Below, piece after piece: positions 7,781 to 15,069 of a stretch of DNA of 32,000 nucleotides. The stretch comes from Acaryochloris marina S15. Lineage in GTDB: Bacteria; Cyanobacteriota; Cyanobacteriia; Thermosynechococcales; Thermosynechococcaceae. The notes beneath the pieces were generated by a model that ran no database searches, was not told where the DNA came from, and worked only from the letters and a program-made list of their open reading frames with translations. Location of the stretch: assembly GCF_018336915.1 (NCBI RefSeq), contig NZ_CP064923.1, positions 3,900,001-3,932,000 of the forward strand, given 5' to 3'. Position numbers and translations under genes: made by a program. How positions within the stretch are numbered: position 1 is the first letter of the stretch; each line of letters starts with the position of its first letter.

Positions 7781-7983
7781 AGACTTTTCTCAACTTTTGA
7801 TCCAACTAACTTTAGAAATAACCGTCTCTTGAATCCAAATACTAATCCCAATGCACACTAATATAGCCAAAGCATTGTAAGAATAAACAGGCAGAAAAGG
7901 TCAGAAATCTTCAAAGAATAGTCAGCGATGCGACCTGACTTTTCCTCAGAAGGTCATATTTATTCGATGAAATAAAATAATCT

Positions 7984-9087
7984 TTAAGCGATCTGGGTTA
8001 GACAAGTCGATAGATAATCTGCTGTCACTGTCACCAGCGCGATGACTTTCTCATAGGCCATTCGTGTGGGCCCAAGTACTCCCACACTTCCGATAGGCGT
8101 TTCGCCCTTCTGATAGGTTGAAGATACTAGGGAATAGGCTTGAATAGACTCAAGGCTATTTTCTGAGCCAATTCGAACTTGGACTTTCTTACTCCGGGGC
8201 ACCACATCAGCCCCTTGCTTTATCATATCAGTCGTCAACTCATGAAAGAGGGGGCGAAGAAGATCTTGGCCATTCTCTAATAAGTGAATTAAGGTCTGGG
8301 CTTGCTGTAATTCAGAGAATTCAGGCTGTCGCAAAACCTCAGCCAAACCGCCCACTAAGATGTTTTTAGGACTAAGGGATTCACACTGTTGCGTCAAATC
8401 GGTCAACAATATTTTCAAGAAATCAGTGTATTTTTGAAATTCCCGATCCAGCTCATACTGGTCTAGCACCACCAAGTCTTGCAATGAACTCCCCACAAAA
8501 TGGTGGTTCAAAAAGTTGGATAGAATGTGCAATTCTTGTTCAAAGCGTTCTGGATCCGCTTCATCCCATGCCCCATGAGGTAGCTCCATCATCACTGACT
8601 GAGTTTCATAGGCATCGGTCACCAGAATCAACATGACCCGCTGGGGTTCAACTTGCACGAGATGCAGATGACGAATGGTGGAGGTAGCCGCTTGGGGCAG
8701 AGTAATCAAGGCCACACAACCACTCAGCGTTGCTAGGATTTGAGCAGCATCTCGGAGTAGGACTTCAAAAATCCAGCTGTCAGTTCGTAGCTTTTTATCA
8801 AGGGCTTGCTTAATCTGTGACCTCAACGTGGTCGAGGGCATCACCAGTTCATCTACATAATGCCGATAGCCAAAGTCTGAGGGCACCCGACCAGCGGAAG
8901 TATGGGGCTGAAATAACAAGCCCTCTTCCTCCAACACCCCCATCACATTGCGGATGGTCGCTGGACTAATACTCAAAGAATATTCTCGCGCCAACGCTTT
9001 GGACCCGACCGGTTCAGCCGTAGCAATGTAGTGATCAACGGTTGCCCGGAGAACTCGTTGTTGGCGGTTAGTAAGGCTAAGGTCCAT
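7984..9087 (-). CDS. hrcA: Heat-inducible transcription repressor HrcA
   Basis: LTNRQQRVLRATVDHYIATAEPVGSKALAREYSLSISPATIRNVMGVLEEEGLLFQPHTSAGRVPSDFGYRHYVDEL is the typical HrcA N-terminal winged helix, and the length (367 aa) fits. Confidence 0.92.
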   Translation of the reverse strand: MDLSLTNRQQRVLRATVDHYIATAEPVGSKALAREYSLSISPATIRNVMGVLEEEGLLFQPHTSAGRVPSDFGYRHYVDELVMPSTTLRSQIKQALDKKLRTDSWIFEVLLRDAAQILATLSGCVALITLPQAATSTIRHLHLVQVEPQRVMLILVTDAYETQSVMMELPHGAWDEADPERFEQELHILSNFLNHHFVGSSLQDLVVLDQYELDREFQKYTDFLKILLTDLTQQCESLSPKNILVGGLAEVLRQPEFSELQQAQTLIHLLENGQDLLRPLFHELTTDMIKQGADVVPRSKKVQVRIGSENSLESIQAYSLVSSTYQKGETPIGSVGVLGPTRMAYEKVIALVTVTADYLSTCLTQIA

Positions 9088-9116
9088 AGGACTCTGACAA
9101 AAATTACGTTCAGACT

Positions 9117-9473
9117 TTAGTAGCGCGGGATATTGGCATCTATCTTCATCGAATAGGCGTCAATACCACCACTGACATTCTTGACGTTAGTAAACCCATT
9201 TTGACTTAACCACACACAAACCTGGGCGGATCTCATGCCATGATGACACATCACCCAGGTTTCCTGATGTTGATCGAGCTGTTCGCCAATGGTTGCCGAC
9301 CACTCCGCAAACTCGCTGAGGGGGATGTTTTGGAATGAATTCAGACTTGCGATCGCAACTTCCCCTGGTTCCCTAACATCTAGGAGTTGGATGCTTGTTG
9401 CATCATTATGTAGTTGAGCAGCAAGTGCCTCTACATCAATTTCGGGAATACTAGAAAAGTCTTGTGAATACAT
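9117..9473 (-). CDS. Rhodanese-domain sulfurtransferase
   Basis: Single rhodanese domain of 118 aa. Active-site loop CHHGMRS, LLDVREPGE, FTNVKNVSGGIDAY. Confidence 0.8.
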   Translation of the reverse strand: MYSQDFSSIPEIDVEALAAQLHNDATSIQLLDVREPGEVAIASLNSFQNIPLSEFAEWSATIGEQLDQHQETWVMCHHGMRSAQVCVWLSQNGFTNVKNVSGGIDAYSMKIDANIPRY

Positions 9474-9573
9474 CGTTTAAAACGCAATTGCTAAAGAGTA
9501 GTGACTTGCTAAAAGTGATTGTCACAATTTATTCATTTATGTATGACCTATTCTGTCATACGCTTAGCAGAAC

Positions 9574-9822
9574 GTGGAATCCATATTGTCTAACTATATT
9601 CGAGCAGTCATGTCCCGAGCGACATACACTGCTGCCACCGACGGCTCAACCTATGGGGAAATTCCTGGGTTCGAGAATGTCTCTGCACAAGCAGATACCC
9701 TAGAGCAATGCCGGCATGATTTAGTAGAATCCCTGGAAGAATGGATTTTCTCCAGAGTAACCCGACAATTACCCGTCCCTGTCATCGACGGTATTCAACT
9801 ACCCACAAAAGAAATGATGTAA
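9574..9822 (+). CDS. HicB-family antitoxin-like protein (orphan)
   Basis: GTG start. YIRAVMSRATYTAATDGSTYGEIPGFENVSAQADTLEQCRHDLVESLEEWIFSRV...LPVPVIDGIQL matches the cyanobacterial HicB/UPF0150 pattern (...DGSFYGEIP...G.....TLE.CR.EL.E.LEEWI......PLP.IDG). No HicA-like ORF is adjacent. Confidence 0.65.
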   Translation: MESILSNYIRAVMSRATYTAATDGSTYGEIPGFENVSAQADTLEQCRHDLVESLEEWIFSRVTRQLPVPVIDGIQLPTKEMM

Positions 9823-9840
9823 TCTCTTGAAGCGAGATAC

Positions 9841-9846
9841 TATAAT
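9841..9846 (+). promoter_or_regulatory. Candidate -10 box for ssrA
   Basis: Perfect TATAAT 16 nt upstream of the mature tmRNA 5' end. No convincing -35 element at 17-bp spacing. Confidence 0.35.
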
Positions 9847-9861
9847 GGAATTTCGTAACCT

Positions 9862-10252
9862 GGGGCTGTAACGGTTTCGACGTTTTAGCAAACGTAGCCT
9901 CATGATTCAGGCCGAGAGTGAGTCGTCTCTCGCAAATAAAAGGCTCAAAACATCGTACATGCGAACAACATCGTATCTTTCGCTCGTCAGCGCACGGCTA
10001 CTGCTGTTGCCTAAAAAAACCTAACTTGGTTTGAGCATCTGTAGATTGACTCCGTTAATTTCTATAGATAACCCCCAACGGATGCACCATTAGGGTTTCT
10101 CAGTTGTCTCTACTGGTAAAGACTTTCAACTAAGCATCCCATCGTCCGGGATAAGTGGCGATTCCCGCTTTGAGGATTAGAAAAGCTAAGCCTGTGAATG
10201 AATGGGGAGCTAATAGCTAGGGCGGACACGGGTTCGACTCCCGTCAGCTCCA
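9862..10252 (+). ncRNA. ssrA: tmRNA (SsrA), standard one-piece form
   Basis: The 5' end GGGGCUGUAACGGUUUCGACG pairs with the 3' end CAGCUCC-A (G3:U pair present). T-arm is GGGUUCGACUCCCG. Tag reading frame 9961-10014 is GCG AAC AAC AUC GUA..., giving ANNIVSFARQRTATAVA then UAA. CCA is not encoded. Confidence 0.95.
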
Positions 10253-10894
10253 TTAATCAGTAATTTAATAGCGTTGTGTAGCTTACCTTAACCCCACTGA
10301 GGTGGAGGGCCTTGTGTATTTTTAAGCCCTGCTTTAACCCAGTTTGTCTATTGAGTAGGGTTGAACTTCAAATAGCATTAGTAAATCAGGAGAGTTTCAC
10401 TTTTTGGGTAGGAAAATAAATTCTCTAGTTTTACGTGCTTCAGCCACTATAAAATCAATGGGTTTGAGCGCAATCTGAATATTCCCTCAAAAAGGTAACA
10501 CACTCCAAATCCTATTCATAACGACAGACATCAGCTTGCTTGTCACATTCCTTAATCTGGGTAGTCTAGCTGTTTTATCTAAGATTTATAACTATGATTA
10601 GCTTAACCACAAAATTTTTAGTGTTGATTTCCATGTCAGCATCCAAATAGCATTCGGAGAAGATTTGTAGCGGTTACCTAACCAACATCCAGGCATAAGG
10701 CTAAGGTTGCTATCTGCTACTATCTAACCCTTTCCCCCTTTTTTGTTTAATTTTCTACACAAAGTGTAAGCATTTTTCTGATATAGCCATCTTTTGCCGA
10801 TCTATGGGCATAATTTAAGCAAGCTATGGTTTATCCCATAGCTTCTGGTTCGATTTTGGAATTAGACCGAACCTGATTTCGTTAATAAGGGAAC

Positions 10895-10930
10895 TATCCC
10901 CTGTCTCTGAGTGCGGCAGGGGATATTTTT
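10895..10930 (+). terminator. Intrinsic terminator in the ORF-free tract (candidate sRNA 3' end)
   Basis: UAUCCCCUG, 13-nt loop, CAGGGGAUA (9-bp perfect stem) followed by UUUUU. Preceded by two further hairpins (10821-10844 and 10847-10873). Confidence 0.6.
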
Positions 10931-11081
10931 ATGTCAAAAACCCCGTAAAGGTCCTATCGAAAAAGATCTTAGCAATATGTTCTTCCAGGCTAAAGTTACA
11001 CATCTAAAGAAAAAGTTTTCTTTTTCCTAGGAATGGGAATACTGAAATTAGCTTATCTAAATTGGTTAGAACGTTGATTAT

Positions 11082-11123
11082 CACTCGCGCACTTCGGTTG
11101 GTTTGCGCGAGTGTTTTTATTTT
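11082..11123 (+). terminator. Intrinsic terminator in the ORF-free tract (second candidate sRNA 3' end)
   Basis: CACUCGCGCA, 12-nt loop, UGCGCGAGUG (10-bp GC-rich perfect stem) followed by UUUUUAUUUU. Confidence 0.7.
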
Positions 11124-11560
11124 AAAATTAGGGTAAATGCAGGCTCAACCTCAATCTAGTAGCTCATGTCATAACATCATGAATAATGCCTGAAGCTTTG
11201 CTTGAGAAGCGCAAATTGTGGCGAAGGCTAATGAATCCTAGCGATTTAACCCATCCTTTCCAAAACACTTGACTTCTAATCAGTGAGTTGCAGTGAAACT
11301 CCAGCTGTCTCCCGAGTCATACAACAGCTTGAACAGCCTATGCAGTCGTCAATATTTTAGGTCTCTTCGATGTCTTGGCTGGCACAACTTTGATCTGCAT
11401 TAGCATCAAGACATCTTGGGCTAGCAGTTGAGATTATGTACGCTCTCAATAGTTCACCCACAACAGTCCTATAGCAGTGCTACAAAGGAATCCTAATAAG
11501 GTTATTATTCTCTCAGATGCAAAACGATAACGCTCGACCTAAGAGGCTGTTTGAGAAGTT

Positions 11561-11692
11561 TTAGCATTTTTCAGCGAGCCTTCGAATCATCACCACATAA
11601 ACAAGAGCTTCAGCCGTTCTAGTCAAGACTTCATAATCTTTATTGAGATATCGGGACCACAACCCCCATCCAAACGTCCGCTCTACAATCCA
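11561..11692 (-). pseudogene. IS5-family (ISL2/IS1031-like) transposase C-terminal remnant
   Basis: My minus-strand translation is WIVERTFGWGLWSRYLNKDYEVLTRTAEALVYVVMIRRLAEKC*, the conserved DDE transposase C-terminus (W.VERTF.WL...RRL.KDYE). A TGA lies immediately upstream (..LVPK*WIVERTF), and the frame further upstream is broken by several stops. Confidence 0.7.
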
Positions 11693-11858
11693 TCATTTTG
11701 GAACAAGCTTTGAACCCCGCTAGATTGTCTGAACGCTTGATCAATCTGAATTTGGACTAGGTGGAGATGTCTCCCGGCAAAAGCGTCTCAGTCCCACTCA
11801 ACGGCTGAGCATAAGTTTTTCTGGTGTTAAGTGAGGATCTATAGCAGTCGCCACTCTA

Positions 11859-12778
11859 ATTAGGACGCTAGGTACAACACATGTTCCATTGCTTCTCTAA
11901 GTGAACCGAAGTGCTCTAATTGGTGTCTAATTCGACTTTTAATCCAAGCCCACGACCGTTCAATCTTATTCAAATCAGGAGAATAGGGTGGCAAGTACCA
12001 CACTTCACATCCTGCGGCTTCTACCAGTTGCTCAATTCGCCCTCCCTTATGGAAGGTGGCATTATCAATGACTAACTTCTGCCCCGGTTTGAGCATCGGT
12101 ATCAAACAAGTCTCAAGCCAAATTTCAAATACGGTGCGATTGCAAGCCCCTTCAATCGTGAACGGGGCCATGAGCTGCTTTCCTCTCAAAGCTGCAATCA
12201 TATTGACTCGTCCACTTCTGCTACCAGACTTTAAAGCATAGACCCGCTCACCTTTGGGACCATAGCCATAGTCATACTCATCTCGATTGTCCATCCCTGA
12301 CTCGTCAGCATAGACGATATCGTCTGGGTCTACTGTTGTTAACTTTTGGACGAACTCAGCCCGTTTGTGCTCATCACGTTGGCGGTAGCCATAGGTCTTT
12401 TTTTTCGAGTAAATCCAATATTCTTCAGCGCTCTTGAAATAGTACGCTCACTGATTTGCCCCTCCCACAACTCGGCCATCTGAGCTTGGGTTTTATAGCG
12501 ATGTTCTTGAGCAAAAGCTCGAAACTTGTCCCAGTCTGTGATTTTGTGGCTATGGCCAAGGTGTTGTCTAGGGATGGGATGAAGATCACCTGTTTCTGCT
12601 TTGAGACGTTGCCATAGATTAATGGTGTTACGACTGATATGAAAGGTGTCACTCGCTTCTGAGGGAGGCATGCCATCAAGTTCAATAGCATCGATCACTT
12701 TGCAACGTAAATCGTAGCTGTAGATTTTAGGCATCCATTGAAAGACATAACAGTATCTCTAGTTTATTATGTCCTGAA
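11859..12778 (-). mobile_element. IS630-family insertion sequence (boundaries approximate)
   Basis: Encloses the two-frame IS630 transposase. The ends carry an imperfect inverted repeat (ATTAGGAC... at 11859 versus the reverse complement TTCAGGAC... at 12778), each abutting a TA dinucleotide as expected for IS630 TA duplication. Confidence 0.6.
11860..12734 (-). CDS. IS630-family transposase OrfAB, made by -1 programmed frameshift
   Basis: OrfA (12339-12734) has an HTH: MPKIYSYDLRCKVIDAIE...NTINLWQRLKAETGDL. OrfB (to 11860) reads ...VYADESGMDNRDEYDYGYGPKGERV...VIDNATFHKGG...YLPPYSPDLNKIERSW, a DD(35)E motif. The frames join at A_AAA_AAG (T-run 12398-12405 on the + strand), giving ...FTRKKKTYGYRQRDEHKRAEF... 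Confidence 0.85.
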
Positions 12779-12864
12779 TAAAATGGCGCTTGCTATAAGT
12801 AGCGGCTTTTTGAGGCATTTGGGCTTTCCTTCGTTTTGAAACTCGTTTTTTAGCCATTGGGTAT

Positions 12865-12934
12865 CGAGTTTTGGATGCTTGAGATTCGTCTTGGGCACAT
12901 CCGCGAGATTTACCGCGAGTTTTGGGTACTTGAG
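12865..12934. repeat. Two 19-nt direct repeats spaced 51 bp start to start (17/19 identical)
   Basis: CGAGTTTTGGATGCTTGAG (12865-12883) and CGAGTTTTGGGTACTTGAG (12916-12934), in the fragment between the IS630 element and the MITE. Confidence 0.6.
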
Positions 12935-12974
12935 CAGGTGCTCCAATCGCCACAATAATAATTGGGAATAACCT

Positions 12975-13096
12975 GGGAGCATGTCACCTTTGCAAATGCA
13001 CAAAGTTTGGAATTAAAAATTTGATGCCTGAAAGCAAGGCTAGCAAGGATTTTTGAGATGAGTATAAATACTAGCTTACAAAGGTGACATGCTCCC
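12975..13096. mobile_element. MITE (122 bp, non-autonomous)
   Basis: Perfect 18-bp terminal inverted repeats: GGGAGCATGTCACCTTTG (12975-12992) and CAAAGGTGACATGCTCCC (13079-13096). Flanked by a perfect 9-bp direct repeat GAATAACCT (12966-12974 and 13097-13105). No coding capacity. Confidence 0.8.
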
Positions 13097-13158
13097 GAAT
13101 AACCTTCTCTCGAGAAAGAGGACACTCCAAGACAAGGGCACAGGAGATAGGTAGGAAG

Positions 13159-14644
13159 GGGCGTATTTAGCGGATCGGGGATGCCTTAGTTTTCGGAATG
13201 GTCACCTCTGGGAATAAGGAGTCAAACCGTTCATTGACCCAGGCAATTCTCAAGATCAGTAAATGGTTGAAACCATCCTCACTCCAGCGCATGCCAACTC
13301 CCTTAAAGCGCTGCTGAATCAACCACTTGCATGCACTTTCAACCATTCCTGACCCGAGAGGAATCTGTTGCTGTTCAAAGTGCCGATAACGGATGTGGTT
13401 ATGATGGCGTTGGAAATAAGCCTGCACCTGGAGCAACGTTGAAAAAGACTTTCCCGTTAACAGTTGTGAGTGAATCAATATCGTCAAGGACCGTAATACA
13501 AGTAGGTGTTGCCCGTGTCGCAATTGGTGTCGCCAGTGCCGGAACCAGGCTTGGGCTTGAGCAGAGCGGGCATCTCCAAACATCGCTTTAGTTGCTCGTG
13601 CCAGATGGCCTGCTGAATGAAAAAAGTCGAGGACTGCCACAGCACAATGAGAGAACAAGGTGCGATAGACTCGCCAGAAGCCTCGTCCCCCATCACTGAG
13701 CCAGATGACTTTTGGAGCAGATTCAAAGTCTTGTTTGTGAGCTTCGAGTTGAAGTAAAGGGATGAACTGGTCGATATCGCCCAATACTGCCACCAGTCTT
13801 CGACGCAGTAATTGGGGGACCTCCTTTTTAGCTCGGGTAACCCGTGTTCCCAGGCGAGCTAAGATGGCGACTTTGACTTCTCGCCACTGGATTTTTCCCT
13901 TGGGTGAGTTCGGGGTGGGGCGAAAGGGGACCATCACACCATCGGCGGCAATGGCCAAAGGTAGAGCAGATAACATCTCTGAAATCGCTTCACAAGGGGC
14001 CTGAGTCCCTGATGATTGAGCGTTGAGTTGAGCTTCTAATTCCTGCTGAGCTTTGTTACCCACGGATTGCACCCAGTTCCACAAACTGGATGGACTCACG
14101 GATAGACCACTCCACTGACCCAGCATCCAACTGGCCAGTTCATAGGGCATGAACAGACTCAACAAGCAGCCCAGACGCACCAGTTCTTCGCTGCTGTGCT
14201 GATAGGGGGCAATCCCAATGGCTTGATCCAGGGGAGTCAACAGACTGCCTGGACATCCTTTGGGACAACGGCCCACCCGTCGCTTTCAAGAGATAGTGCC
14301 TACCAGTGTCTGCATCTGACGAGATTCCCATCCCTTCGAATGTAAGCGGGTTCCGCAGGTAGTACATACAGGCCATACAAATACTGCTTTCGCGCGCCTT
14401 GAGAGTTCATCCTCCAGAAGACAGCGAGCTAGAAACAAGCCCATTTGCAGAACGATATAAACCATCTGACTCAGGCTGGTTGATACTTTGAGTGCTTCAG
14501 TTTGTTCTAGAAATTCGTCATGGGCTAGCACGGTTAGCAATTGCGATGGTAGGGTCATGATAGTTTTTTGGTTCGGGTACAGGATCTATTGTCCTTGACC
14601 CGTTTTTCTTTGAGCCATGCATCCCCGATCCTTTGCTTACGCCC
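13159..14644 (-). mobile_element. ISKra4-family-like insertion sequence (1486 bp)
   Basis: 26-bp imperfect TIRs: GGGCGTATTTAGCGGATCGGGGATGC at 13159, and reverse complement GGGCGTAAGCAAAGGATCGGGGATGC ending at 14644 (20/26 identical). Flanked by a perfect 9-bp TSD GGTAGGAAG (13150-13158 and 14645-14653). Confidence 0.85.
13167..14558 (-). pseudogene. ISKra4-family transposase interrupted by one in-frame TGA
   Basis: The 90-aa and 369-aa tracked ORFs are in the same frame, separated only by a TGA at 14286-14288: ...VWPVCTTCGTRLHSKGWESRQMQTLVGTIS*KRRVGRCPKGCPG... (zinc-finger region). The stop sits where I would expect Trp (TGG). The C-terminal part reads DGGRGFW...LDFFH...GSGMVESACKWLIQQRFKGVGMRWS. 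Confidence 0.8.
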
Positions 14645-15069
14645 GGTAGGAAGTAGATTTATGAGGTCTGTTGAACTAACGGATCTTCAGCTATGTTAAT
14701 AGTTGCTTAATTATTCTATTCCTTAAGACTTCTATATCCAACTAAAAAACAGGTAATTTACAGTATTTTTACGGTGAAGGGATTTAATATTTGGCAACTT
14801 GAACTTATGGTATAGCCTTTATTGAATAACGCTTACATCCCTCTTACCCCCTAAAAACTGGCTTATATTCCTGTTTTCTTAAGCTTTCGAAAAATCTATT
14901 TATACCTCCGTATCAATTCGGATCTCATTTCTTCAGATGCCCGGTTAAGGTATAGCTACTGGTACAAGAGCTTTGATATTTCTCAAGTTTAGAAACAGTG
15001 AGAGAAGTAGGCTATACCCTTCTCTCTAGCTACCATTCACTCCCATCCATCACATATCATTTGTCGCAA

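Noticed and set aside
7628-7861. Tracked 77-aa + strand ORF between aroC and hrcA
   Set aside because: The composition is implausible (Cys/Phe/Asn/Arg-rich, no motif). There is no Shine-Dalgarno. The only terminator in the region is oriented for the minus strand, and the antisense 52-aa ORF fits that terminator better.
9464-9703. 79-aa + strand ORF overlapping the rhodanese start and the HicB-like gene, considered as a possible HicA
   Set aside because: The sequence (MNTSFKTQLLKSSDLLKVIVTIYSFMYDLF...) has none of the HicA features (no GSH...HP core). It is out of frame with, and overlaps, the better-supported HicB-like ORF.
10291-10330. Possible terminator right after ssrA (CCAC-TGAG-GTGG ... 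TATTTTT)
   Set aside because: The stem is only 4 bp and is separated from the T-run by 14 nt, which is too weak to call.
12759-13125. Tracked minus-strand ORFs of 64, 78 and 71 aa between the IS630 and ISKra4-like elements
   Set aside because: They run across the IS630 boundary or the MITE, so they are created by insertion junctions. The sequences are Lys/Arg-rich or repeat-derived (KYPKL/KHPKL comes from the 19-nt DNA repeats), and they match no transposase or other family I recognise.
13331-14376. Multiple tracked ORFs inside or antisense to the ISKra4-like transposase (13331-13591, 13484-13726, 13762-14004, 14140-14376)
   Set aside because: They are shadow frames of the long transposase reading frame.
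10253-14700. Search for a direct repeat of the tmRNA 3' end (attL/attR) and an integrase, which would define a classical ssrA-integrated island
   Set aside because: I found no second copy of GGTTCGACTCCCGTCAGCTCCA or a substantial part of it, and no integrase-like ORF. The tract is better described as an IS hotspot of uncertain origin.
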